From contig JAFVSV010000067.1 of assembly GCA_017503575.1 (NCBI GenBank), positions 355 to 64,354 on the forward strand: DNA of 64,000 nt, in the 5' to 3' direction. A model generated the notes under the pieces. The model was not told the DNA's origin. It saw nothing but the letters and a program-made list of their open reading frames with translations, and made no database searches. A program made the translations under genes and the position numbers. This document shows, one piece after another, positions 29,615 through 39,057 of the stretch (positions are counted from its first letter, which is position 1; each line of letters starts with the position of its first letter). This DNA comes from Alistipes sp. (GTDB lineage Bacteria; Bacteroidota; Bacteroidia; Bacteroidales; Rikenellaceae).

Positions 29615-32263
29615 ATGAATAAGAATATTATAACAAAGATGCTCTCTGTTGTAGCCATTGCTCTTATGGGCGTAGGCTGCCAGACTGACTATTTCAACAA
29701 TGAGTATCTCCCTGATTACGACAACAATGGTGATATCACCAATGTACAGGAGATGGAGATCACGCTTTCGGACGATGACTACGCTGCCATCGCCAAGAAT
29801 AGCGCCAACAAGGCTATTGCCGAGGCTGCTGGTGAGGATGCCGTAGCTGCCCTCTCGGCTATCAGCAAGAATAAGTACTTCGCAACGCAGGAAGAGGCTG
29901 CCACCTATGTTCCTGCATGGCTTGCATCAAGCTACCCAACCTACGATAACGGCTCACTCGCCCTTATCACCTACACCATGGCTCTCGACGTCCCACAGGA
30001 TGTTCAGGCTATGAACGCCGCTACCGAGTATACGCTCACCGAGGATGACTACAAGACCATCTGGGGCTCGGAGGAGGAGTACGCTGCGGCACTTACTCCC
30101 AAGACCGTGAACAAGCTCAAGAGTGTCATCCCTGTTGCTGACGATGCTCGCGAGGGTGAGTATGTTGTTGTTACGTACAACTACTCTTCGGAGGAGCCTG
30201 CAAAGGATGAGCCTGAGACTCCAGACCAGCCCGAGGGTCCCAAGTACTCATCTGTACTCGGCTCGGCAGTATTGGACGATGTGGTAGATGTTAAGGGCTA
30301 CGTTTCGGCCGTATCTACACAGGGTCCTATCATCACCGATGCTACGGGCTCGATACTTCTCTACAAGGGTGCTGACCTCGCTATTGGCGACGAGGTGTCG
30401 GTTTCGGGTACTATCTCGGCTCACAACAAGGGCTTCCAGATTGCTGCTTCATCGGCAACAGTTGAGAAGACCGGTACTACCACCGTTACATACCCTACTC
30501 CCGTAGAGTTGGATGGTGCTGCCATGGAGGCATTGCTTACTTCACGCACAGACAACGACTACGCACAGTTTGTTAAGTTCACAGGTACTCCTTCGATAGG
30601 CAACTACATCAACATCATAATGGAGGGTACCGAGGCTGCTCAGGGTAGCATCTATGGCGCTACTGATGATGTTAAGGCTATGTTTACTGATGGCGAGGAG
30701 GCAACCATCTACGGTTACTTTGTATCTATCTCAAGCGGCAAGTATATCAACGTCATCGTTGTAAGCGTTGACGAGGAGCCTGCTATTGGCGGTGGCGAGG
30801 CTAATGCCTACACCTCGGTTCTTGGTTCGGCTGTTTTGGGTGACTTTGTAGAGGTTAACGGCTATATCTCTGCCGTTTCTACACAGGGTCCTATCCTCAC
30901 TGACAATGGCGGCTCTATCCTTATCTACAAGGGTACTGACCTTGCTATTGGCGATGAGGCTTCTGTTTCAGGTTACATTACCGATTATAATTATGGCTTC
31001 CAGCTTGATTGTGGCAAACCAGAGTCTGAGGTTACAATCGAGAAACTTGGGACAACTACAACCGTAGTATACCCAGCTGCTATGGAGATTACCGGTACGG
31101 TGGCTGACGAGCTTCTCACCACTCGTGTAGAGAATGAGTATGCTCACTACGCTAAGATGACTGGTACTGTTGCTGTTAGCGGCAACTACTACAACTTCAA
31201 CATTCCTGGTGCAGAGACCGCCGTAGGTAGCATCTATGGCGCTACTGACGATCTTAAGGCACAACTTACAGATGGCATGGAGTGTACACTCTACGGCTAC
31301 TTTATCTCTATCTCTAAGACTGGTGGTGCTCCTAAGTTTGTCAACATGGTTGTGACATCGGTTGAGACTGCACCTGCTGCAACGGCCTTGGCACTCAAGG
31401 TTAAGAGCGAGAAGCAGTACGCATACTTCAAGTTCAACGGCACAGCTTATGAGGCTACCGACATCGTAGCTGTTCAGCCCGCCGACTACACCGCTATGGG
31501 TCAGGGCTACGGTAACTTCACCAACCCTGCACAGGATAACTACCTCCCACAGTTCCTATCGGAGAAGTATCCTTACGCACAGGTAGATGATAAGGTATAC
31601 GTTGGCTTCCGCTGCTATGCTGGTGGCGCTACATCATGGAGGGTTGACGAGTATATCTTCACTGGTGAGTGGACAAAGACCATCTACTTTGGTCAGAAGA
31701 CCGACCAGTTCCGCAAGGTTGAGGGCATCTGGGAGATTGACCGTACCTTGGAGCTCGACTTCACCAACACATCAAGCGCTGACACCAAGGCATTCTACCA
31801 GTACTGCGTAAACTGGGTTTACGACTTCAAGGATGTGCCTATGGGTGCTCCCGCACGCGATAACGCTGGTGAGATTATCTCTACCGAGAAGGTTATGATC
31901 AACGGTGCATTGCCCGCAGGTAACTACTGGGTATCGAACTACGGTAACAACGAGTTCTACACAGGTGCTTCGGCATATTATGGCAATATGGACTGGCGTC
32001 CATCAGCTGTTAAGGGTGGCTTCGCTGCCGCTGGCATGGGCGACTTGACCGATGACGAGATTCTCGCAAAGCTCAAGGAGAACACCGCAGAGGTATTTGC
32101 CGAGGTACTCAGCTACGCATATCCTGACATCACTGTCGACGACTATAAGAAGGTGGTTATCAAGGTATACTGCTATGGTCCTAACAAGAACTACTCGCTT
32201 ACGTTCGACGTTGTTGAGCAGGGTAAGTTCCAGTACGCTGCCGACTCACTTGTTGAGTTGTAA
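29615..32263 (+). CDS. Surface lipoprotein (DUF5017-like ends, unverified) with two ~185-aa OB-fold-like modules
   Basis: Lipobox GVGC; YTLTEDDY-type motifs; duplicated VKGYVSAVSTQGPIITDATGSILLY...IGDEVSVSG. Confidence 0.75.
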   Translation: MNKNIITKMLSVVAIALMGVGCQTDYFNNEYLPDYDNNGDITNVQEMEITLSDDDYAAIAKNSANKAIAEAAGEDAVAALSAISKNKYFATQEEAATYVPAWLASSYPTYDNGSLALITYTMALDVPQDVQAMNAATEYTLTEDDYKTIWGSEEEYAAALTPKTVNKLKSVIPVADDAREGEYVVVTYNYSSEEPAKDEPETPDQPEGPKYSSVLGSAVLDDVVDVKGYVSAVSTQGPIITDATGSILLYKGADLAIGDEVSVSGTISAHNKGFQIAASSATVEKTGTTTVTYPTPVELDGAAMEALLTSRTDNDYAQFVKFTGTPSIGNYINIIMEGTEAAQGSIYGATDDVKAMFTDGEEATIYGYFVSISSGKYINVIVVSVDEEPAIGGGEANAYTSVLGSAVLGDFVEVNGYISAVSTQGPILTDNGGSILIYKGTDLAIGDEASVSGYITDYNYGFQLDCGKPESEVTIEKLGTTTTVVYPAAMEITGTVADELLTTRVENEYAHYAKMTGTVAVSGNYYNFNIPGAETAVGSIYGATDDLKAQLTDGMECTLYGYFISISKTGGAPKFVNMVVTSVETAPAATALALKVKSEKQYAYFKFNGTAYEATDIVAVQPADYTAMGQGYGNFTNPAQDNYLPQFLSEKYPYAQVDDKVYVGFRCYAGGATSWRVDEYIFTGEWTKTIYFGQKTDQFRKVEGIWEIDRTLELDFTNTSSADTKAFYQYCVNWVYDFKDVPMGAPARDNAGEIISTEKVMINGALPAGNYWVSNYGNNEFYTGASAYYGNMDWRPSAVKGGFAAAGMGDLTDDEILAKLKENTAEVFAEVLSYAYPDITVDDYKKVVIKVYCYGPNKNYSLTFDVVEQGKFQYAADSLVEL

Positions 32264-32285
32264 TGGGCCAACTGCCTAATGATTA

Positions 32286-32447
32286 TGGGGATGACTAAAA
32301 AGTATTTTAGTCGTCCCCAATTTTTAGGAGGTTGAAGAAAAAGATGTAGTTTTAGGCATGCGAAGCCCGAAAAAGCGGAGTTTACTCGGCGTAAATGAGC
32401 ATTTTGAGGGCAAGCATAACGACAAAATAGACTTTTTATTCAGCCTC
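32286..32447. repeat. Compound palindromic repeat/MITE-like element, long copy
   Basis: Hairpin 32286-32319, then a 120-bp element with TIRs GAGGTTGAAGAAAAAG / CTTTTTATTCAGCCTC. Confidence 0.6.
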
Positions 32448-32529
32448 ATATTTATGTGATGTGGCACTCCGCAATAAGTTCAAATAAGATTTTTTTTACG
32501 CGAAAGGTTTTGAGATAATAAAATTTTAC

Positions 32530-32537
32530 TATCTTTG
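32530..32537 (+). promoter_or_regulatory. tRNA promoter -7 element
   Basis: TAtcTTTG with an upstream TTTG. Confidence 0.7.
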
Positions 32538-32557
32538 CACCGCAAAGCAGCAATGCT

Positions 32558-32631
<74 letters not shown>

Positions 32632-32633
32632 CA

Positions 32634-32668
32634 GGGGGGGGGAAACTTAAGTAGTTCCCCCCTTTTTT
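32634..32668 (+). terminator. Intrinsic terminator after the tRNA
   Basis: GGGGGGAA...TTCCCCCC stem followed by a T-run. Confidence 0.7.
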
Positions 32669-32686
32669 ACACCCTAATGTATCTCC

Positions 32687-35158
32687 CTAAAATGCCGAGA
32701 AGGTACTCCACGAAGTGTTCCTCTCTACGGCGCTCTCGATAGTATCGGGCAGGTTGACAAAGTAGTCGAAGCCCGTCCACTGCTCAATCTGGTCTACCGA
32801 CACCGTATAGTTGCTGTACACACTATTATCGTATGCCTTATTCTCGAACCAGAAGCCTACGGTAGATGCCGCAGTCACAACACCCGAGCTATTCGTATCA
32901 ACCTTAAGCACAACCTTATAGAAGTAGTTAGGTACTGGCACCTGCTTGGTGTCATCCTTGGCGGTCGTATATTTGATTGTCTTAGTCTCACCCATCTTCG
33001 CGAATGCCACGCCCGTAACAACATACACCGTCTCGCGCTCACCAATATCTTGGATTGCCGCCTCGAGTTTCTGCCATATACCACCGTTAAAGCCGCCCTG
33101 TATCTGCGGCACCGAGTTGGTGACATAGAATGTCTGTAACTGCATGTCGCGTATGCCGTTGCGCGCAGCATTGGGTATAAGATGGCCACGCGAGTAGTTC
33201 CCGCTATAACTGTGTGAGCATAGGTTCACCTGGTCATCCTCATCTATTAGGGGGTTGAACGACCAGCTGTCGGGACGGCCATAAGAGCCCATGTGCTTCG
33301 ACTCTATGGGGTATGCCACCCATAGAGTGGTGTAGGTATCCTTGTCGTAGTAGTGGGTGTAGTTGCGCTCGCCACCCGACATCACCTTGTACTCCTTGGC
33401 CTTGGGGTACTTACCATCGGTGCGCTGTGCTGGTAGCTCAAGCCATGAGCCCGAGGCCTCTATGTCACCTGTCGATGTAGCCGTAAAGAGTGTGACACTC
33501 TCACTCTCTATCCTATCTCCCGACACGCTATTGCACCACGCCGTAACTGTATACAACTCATCTGCCTGAAGCTCAACACCCTCGATATAGGCATCCGTCT
33601 GCATGCCCTCCACGTCGTACGTCACATCGACATTTGCGGCATCCTCACTCTCGAAGTTGAAGTGAACATCGCCAACGATATACTCGGGACCTTCGACCAC
33701 ACAGCCACAGCTTGCCACCTCGCCGTTCCACTCAACATATAGCTCCGAGAGCTTTGGGGTAGAATCCTCGACTGGGGGCACCACCACATCTGTTGTAAGC
33801 TCATAGAGCATTGGCATCACACCATAGCTCTTCATCTCGTCGTAACAGCCAAACGATGTATGTCTTGTAGAGTACTGTATAAACTTATCATTGAGCGTGT
33901 TGGTTATTGCGAACACACCATCACCCTCATGCTCGAAGCTCCATGTATAGCCATCAGTAGCGCCGTTGGTCATATTGAACGAGTCATAAGAGCCCTTCAT
34001 GTAGAGATAACGGCCATCCTTGCACTGCTTGATGGCGTAGCCTCCCGATACGGCCTCAAGGGTGTAGGCGTTATCCAACGACTCCTGAAGTATTATGCCG
34101 TCACCGTCGGTATCACCCTCTACGACTTGGATATAGCCATAATTCTCGGTTATTGGCGTTGCGATATACCTCTCGGCAGCAAGTAGATAGGCGCCTCCCG
34201 ACTTTACCGATGTAGTCTTCTTGAAACACAGTTTATGTCGCTCCACCTGCGCTTCGGCCATATCCACTGTGAAGGTACTCATCCCACCCTCCGAGAGCTC
34301 TAACGGGTGGCTTGAGCTAAACTCAACGGCACGCGAGTATGTCGCCTTGTCTGTCACTACACGCACGACCATACGGTCACCCTCCGCAAACGCTATGGGA
34401 TTACACATAAAGTATATTGTTGTCGCGGCAGGAACAGGGTTGTCATAGATAAGCGCGAGTGTCGATGATGCACCCTCATAGCCATACTCCTCGACCCTAC
34501 CCTCAAGGCAGTTAACGAGGTTGCACCCAGCGAGCAGGGATTGCTCCTCTGCCGAGTCTATTGCTGTTATTGCGACCTCGCTTATAAGCTCCTCCTCGGG
34601 GATACTCTTAAGTGTCATCGCTCCTAATGCCACCAAACGCTTGAAACGCATGGCAAGCTCCGTTGGCTGGTTATAAACACTCTGATGCTCTGCCACAAGG
34701 ATATCCGCCATGGGGTCAAACGTCTCTGTTGTAGGATGTTGCACAGCAGGCAGTGTCACCTTAACAAGTTCGTTGTATACTCCCTCATCAAACGATACGC
34801 TCTGGGCAGGGTATATGGCATCATAGGTAAACGTATCGGCTGTGGTGTCACGCTCGAAGGCGACGCTAAACTGTGCCTTGCCACCCTCGAGAAGCGTCGT
34901 CTTCGATGTCTCGGCGTAGCGTTTGTCATTCTCTATGACCATCAGCCTATCGTCGGCTGACCACACGGCACGCCTCTCGCCATTGTCGAGTATTGTACGC
35001 GTATCGTCATCGGTGATGATGCTTATCTCCGCCATCATTGGCTCATCGGGTTTTGGCTCGGGCTTCTGCTCAGGCCTCGCCTCCTCGCGACACGCCACAA
35101 ACATCGCCATCGCCACACATAGCGCCACGACACCACTGAAAAAACTATATCTTCTCAT
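32687..35158 (-). CDS. Lipoprotein with N-terminal fimbrillin/Mfa-like domain and C-terminal DNA/RNA non-specific endonuclease (NucA/EndA type)
   Basis: Lipobox FVAC; TRT...VWSADDRL; C-terminal YSRGHLIP, TFYVTNSVPQ, FNGGIWQKLE and VPNYFYKV. Confidence 0.85.
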   Translation of the reverse strand: MRRYSFFSGVVALCVAMAMFVACREEARPEQKPEPKPDEPMMAEISIITDDDTRTILDNGERRAVWSADDRLMVIENDKRYAETSKTTLLEGGKAQFSVAFERDTTADTFTYDAIYPAQSVSFDEGVYNELVKVTLPAVQHPTTETFDPMADILVAEHQSVYNQPTELAMRFKRLVALGAMTLKSIPEEELISEVAITAIDSAEEQSLLAGCNLVNCLEGRVEEYGYEGASSTLALIYDNPVPAATTIYFMCNPIAFAEGDRMVVRVVTDKATYSRAVEFSSSHPLELSEGGMSTFTVDMAEAQVERHKLCFKKTTSVKSGGAYLLAAERYIATPITENYGYIQVVEGDTDGDGIILQESLDNAYTLEAVSGGYAIKQCKDGRYLYMKGSYDSFNMTNGATDGYTWSFEHEGDGVFAITNTLNDKFIQYSTRHTSFGCYDEMKSYGVMPMLYELTTDVVVPPVEDSTPKLSELYVEWNGEVASCGCVVEGPEYIVGDVHFNFESEDAANVDVTYDVEGMQTDAYIEGVELQADELYTVTAWCNSVSGDRIESESVTLFTATSTGDIEASGSWLELPAQRTDGKYPKAKEYKVMSGGERNYTHYYDKDTYTTLWVAYPIESKHMGSYGRPDSWSFNPLIDEDDQVNLCSHSYSGNYSRGHLIPNAARNGIRDMQLQTFYVTNSVPQIQGGFNGGIWQKLEAAIQDIGERETVYVVTGVAFAKMGETKTIKYTTAKDDTKQVPVPNYFYKVVLKVDTNSSGVVTAASTVGFWFENKAYDNSVYSNYTVSVDQIEQWTGFDYFVNLPDTIESAVERNTSWSTFSAF

Positions 35159-35242
35159 ACTCTCGCTCTTCATCTATTTGCATTGCAATTATATACTTGT
35201 CAGCCCGTACTAAAAGTCGTAGTTTACAACTTGACCGGTGTA

Positions 35243-35250
35243 CAAAGGTA
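35243..35250 (-). promoter_or_regulatory. -7 promoter element for the nuclease
   Basis: TAccTTTG on the minus strand. Confidence 0.55.
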
Positions 35251-35345
35251 GAAAATAATGCGCTACAATCCAACCAATAGGCTCTAAATAGTGTCTCGTG
35301 GCAAAATAAATGGATGCCGACAATTGTTGTTTGCAGAATTTTTAT

Positions 35346-35353
35346 TACCTTTG
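35346..35353 (+). promoter_or_regulatory. -7 promoter element for tig-clpP-clpX
   Basis: TAccTTTG. Confidence 0.65.
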
Positions 35354-35423
35354 CGCGACTTTGTGCGTATATATATAGTATGCGTAGCAGAAAAAGACAA
35401 TAACAATAACAAAACATAGAGCA

Positions 35424-36752
35424 ATGAACATTACAAGAGAACAGCGTGATGGCGGCATTTCAATTTTGAAGGTCGTTGTTAATGAGGCTGACTACGGTCA
35501 GGCGGTAGAGAAGCAGTTGCGCGACTACAAGCGTAAGGCAAACGTTCCGGGCTTCCGCCCCGGCATGGTGCCTATGGGCATCGTCAAGAAGATGTACGGC
35601 AAGGGTATCGTTGCTGAGCAGTCATACCACATCGCCTCTAACTCGGTATTCGAGTACTTGCAGAAGGAGGGTATCGACTATGTTGGTGATGTAATCCCAT
35701 CAGAGGAGCAGGGCGCTTTCGACTTCGAGAACAACACCGAGTTCGAGTTTATCTTCGAGATCGGCGAGGCCCCAAAGATCGAGGTTGAGTTCACCGCAAA
35801 GGATAAGATTGTCTACAACAAGATTAAGGTAGACAAGAAGATGCACGGCGACTACCGCTCGAACTACTTGCGTCGCTACGGCCGTCTCGTAGAGGTTGAC
35901 AAGGTGGCTAACGACGAGGCTCTCAACGTAACACTCGACAATGGTGACATGCGCATCGAGGATGCCTACGTTGGTCTTATCTCTATGACCGACGAGGAGC
36001 GCAAGGCTTGGAAGAACAAGAAGGTGGGCTACAAGACAAAGGTCAACATCAACGAGCTTTACAAGAAGCCAGAGCAGCGTGCCGCAATCCTCTCTGTTAA
36101 GGAGGACGAGCTCGAGGGCATCAACCCAGAGTTCGAGTTGGAGATCACCAAGATCCGCCGCTTTGCTGACCCAGAGCTCACCGAGGAGGTCTTCAAGATG
36201 GCATGCCCCGCAGGTAACGTAACCTCGGAGGAGGAGCTCGACAAGTTTATCGACGAGGAGATCGAGCGCGAGCTTAAGCGTGAGACCGACTTCATGTTCG
36301 TAAACCAGGTGCGCAACTACGTTGTTGAGAAGGCAGCGTTGAAGATGCCTGAGGAGTTCCTAAAGCGTTGGTTGTATGTTATCAACGAGGGTAAGTTCTC
36401 ACGCGAGGAGATCGAGAAGGACTTCGCTCCATTCCTCAAGATGTTCACTTGGAACTACCTCCAGAAGCACTTCATCACCGAGGGTGACTTGAAGGTATCG
36501 GCAGAGGAGGCAAAGGCTGAGGCTATGTCATTCGCACAGATGCAGTTCGCACAGTACGGCATGCCATCAGCACCTGCCGACATGCTCGAGAACTTCGCAA
36601 AGCAGATCATGGATAACAAGGAGCAGTTGCAGAAGATATACGAGAAGCTCTACGAGGAGAAGGTTGTTGAGTATATCCGCACCAAGGTGAAGGTCACCGA
36701 GAAGGCAGTATCTGCTGACGACTTCGCCAACATCGCCAAGGAGCTTGCTTAA
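35424..36752 (+). CDS. tig: Trigger factor
   Basis: ANVPGFRPGMVP signature; upstream of clpP. Confidence 0.95.
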   Translation: MNITREQRDGGISILKVVVNEADYGQAVEKQLRDYKRKANVPGFRPGMVPMGIVKKMYGKGIVAEQSYHIASNSVFEYLQKEGIDYVGDVIPSEEQGAFDFENNTEFEFIFEIGEAPKIEVEFTAKDKIVYNKIKVDKKMHGDYRSNYLRRYGRLVEVDKVANDEALNVTLDNGDMRIEDAYVGLISMTDEERKAWKNKKVGYKTKVNINELYKKPEQRAAILSVKEDELEGINPEFELEITKIRRFADPELTEEVFKMACPAGNVTSEEELDKFIDEEIERELKRETDFMFVNQVRNYVVEKAALKMPEEFLKRWLYVINEGKFSREEIEKDFAPFLKMFTWNYLQKHFITEGDLKVSAEEAKAEAMSFAQMQFAQYGMPSAPADMLENFAKQIMDNKEQLQKIYEKLYEEKVVEYIRTKVKVTEKAVSADDFANIAKELA

Positions 36753-36787
36753 TCCCGTAAGCAACAACCGCCAAGGTTAACATATCG

Positions 36788-36827
36788 GAGGGTTCCCATA
36801 CGGCATAGTGCTTGGGAGCCCTCTTTT
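36788..36827 (+). terminator. Hairpin plus T-run between tig and clpP
   Basis: GAGGGTTCCCA...TGGGAGCCCTC-TTTT. Confidence 0.55.
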
Positions 36828-36843
36828 AATAAAACAGAGAGTT

Positions 36844-37509
36844 ATGAAAGAGTTTGATAAGTATGCCCGCCTACACTGCGGCATCAACTCGATGACACTG
36901 CACGACTTCCGCGCTGAGGTATCGGGCTATGTGTCGCCCACAATCATCGAGGAGCGCCACCTAAATGTCGCTACGATGGATGTATTCTCGCGCCTTATGA
37001 TGGATCGCATCATCTTCCTTGGCGCCCCCATATACGACGATGCAGCCAACATCATACAGGCACAGTTGCTCTTCTTGCAGTCGGTAGACGCCGACAAGGA
37101 TATTCAGCTATATATCAACTCGCCAGGAGGCTCTGTATCAGCGGGCTTGGGTATCTACGACACCATGCAGCTCGTATCGTGCGACGTGGCGACGATATGT
37201 ACAGGCATGGCAGCATCTATGGGTGCTGTGCTCCTCACAGCAGGTGCTGCGGGCAAGCGCTCGGCACTACCCCACTCGCGTGTGATGATACACCAGCCCC
37301 TCGGTGGTGCGCAGGGTCAGGCGTCGGATATCGAGATTACGGCACGCGAGATTGCAAAGACAAAGCGTGAGCTATATGAGATTTTATCGCAGCACTCGGG
37401 ACGTAGCATCGCCGATATAGAGCGCGATGCCGACCGCGACTACTGGCTAACATCGGCAGAGGCAGTGGAGTATGGTCTCATCGACCAGGTTATAGGCAAG
37501 CGTAAATAA
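36844..37509 (+). CDS. clpP: ATP-dependent Clp protease proteolytic subunit
   Basis: [27 protein letters not shown] and MIHQPLGG. Confidence 0.97.
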   Translation: MKEFDKYARLHCGINSMTLHDFRAEVSGYVSPTIIEERHLNVATMDVFSRLMMDRIIFLGAPIYDDAANIIQAQLLFLQSVDADKDIQLYINSPGGSVSAGLGIYDTMQLVSCDVATICTGMAASMGAVLLTAGAAGKRSALPHSRVMIHQPLGGAQGQASDIEITAREIAKTKRELYEILSQHSGRSIADIERDADRDYWLTSAEAVEYGLIDQVIGKRK

Positions 37510-37521
37510 TTCCTACACACA

Positions 37522-38778
37522 ATGACACAAAAGAGACGTAACAATACGGAGCATAAGGGCGGCAAGTGCTCGTTCTGCGGCGCTACGGAGGCAGAGGCAC
37601 CACTGATGTTCAACGGCATAGACGGCTCGATGATATGTAGCACCTGCATAGAGCATGGCTACAACCTCCTCGTTGAGCACGACATCGTGGCTGACGGCAA
37701 GAAGAGCTCGAAGAAGAGCGCCTTCAAGCCCCTTACGCGCGAGGATATCATCCGTCCCGACCGCATCAAGCACTTCTTGGATGACTACGTTATAGGCCAG
37801 GATGCCGCCAAGCGCTATATGTCGGTGGCGGTATACAACCACTACAAGCGCCTTGTGTCGCAGGGCAAGACCGAAGATGTGGAGATTGACAAGTCGAACA
37901 TCGTGCTCGTAGGCCCTACGGGTACGGGTAAGACCCTTATGGCGCGTACCATAGCGCGTCTGCTACACGTTCCCTTCTCGATTGTCGACGCCACAGCACT
38001 CACACAAGCAGGATATGTGGGTGAGGATGTCGAGAGCATCCTTTCGCGACTGTTGCAGGCGGCGGACTACGACGTGGCAGCTGCCGAGCGCGGCATCATC
38101 TTCATCGACGAGATAGATAAGATAGCACGCAAGGGAGACAACCCCTCTATCACACGCGATGTCTCGGGCGAGGGCGTACAGCAGGCACTGCTCAAGATAT
38201 TGGAGGGTACGGTTGTGAACGTACCACCACAGGGCGGCCGTAAGCACCCCGACCAGAAGTATATACAGGTGAACACCTCAAACATACTCTTCATCTGCGG
38301 TGGCGCCTTCGACGGTATCGAGAAGAAGATTGCACAGCGTCTGAATACCAACGCCATAGGCTACGGCACGGAGCTTAAGCAGCGCATCGACGAGAAGAAT
38401 ATCATGCAGTATATACAGCCCCAAGACCTTCGCTCGTTCGGCCTTATCCCCGAGCTTATAGGTCGTCTGCCTGTACTCACCTATATGGAGCCACTGTCGC
38501 GTGAGGCGCTACGCTCAATACTCACCGAGCCCAAGAACTCGATAATACGCCAGTACGAGGCGCTGATGAATATCGACGGCATCAAGCTCACCTTCGATGA
38601 CGAGGTACTCGACTACATCGTCGACAAGGCCCTGGAGTACAAGCTCGGAGCACGAGGCCTTCGCTCCATCTGCGAGGCTATCATGATGGATGTCATGTTC
38701 GACATGCCCTCGGGCGATATCAAGGAGTATCGCGTGACGCTCGACTATGCGCGTCCCCGCGTCGACAAGCTATCGTAA
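37522..38778 (+). CDS. clpX: Clp protease ATP-binding subunit ClpX
   Basis: CSFCG Zn finger, [13 protein letters not shown] and [10 protein letters not shown]. Confidence 0.97.
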   Translation: MTQKRRNNTEHKGGKCSFCGATEAEAPLMFNGIDGSMICSTCIEHGYNLLVEHDIVADGKKSSKKSAFKPLTREDIIRPDRIKHFLDDYVIGQDAAKRYMSVAVYNHYKRLVSQGKTEDVEIDKSNIVLVGPTGTGKTLMARTIARLLHVPFSIVDATALTQAGYVGEDVESILSRLLQAADYDVAAAERGIIFIDEIDKIARKGDNPSITRDVSGEGVQQALLKILEGTVVNVPPQGGRKHPDQKYIQVNTSNILFICGGAFDGIEKKIAQRLNTNAIGYGTELKQRIDEKNIMQYIQPQDLRSFGLIPELIGRLPVLTYMEPLSREALRSILTEPKNSIIRQYEALMNIDGIKLTFDDEVLDYIVDKALEYKLGARGLRSICEAIMMDVMFDMPSGDIKEYRVTLDYARPRVDKLS

Positions 38779-38819
38779 GAGTTTGGTGTTAGCAGGGGGG
38801 GGTAGTGATGTATTAAAAT

Positions 38820-38856
38820 GGTTATGATTAGTAACTCTTCGGAACTAATCATAACC
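38820..38856. terminator. Hairpin after clpX
   Basis: GGTTATGATTAG...CTAATCATAACC, a perfect 12-bp stem. Confidence 0.5.
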
Positions 38857-38942
38857 TAACATAACTCATTTTCACCCATCTGAACCCACTCACAGCAGCG
38901 AAAAAAATGCACATAATATTTGGAAGTGCAACCAAAAAAATA

Positions 38943-39007
38943 TACTTTTGTAACGGTAGAGTGGCGCTTGCCGCATGCTCGTGGTGTGCAAGGCGGGCAA
39001 GTCTACC
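38943..39007 (+). promoter_or_regulatory. -7 promoter (TActTTTG) followed by a structured 5' leader
   Basis: TAnnTTTG at 38943-38950 and a G.U-containing hairpin at 38955-39007. Confidence 0.5.
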
Positions 39008-39057
39008 AAACCGAGAGGCGTAAACGATTAATATATAACCTAATACGAATAAAACCT

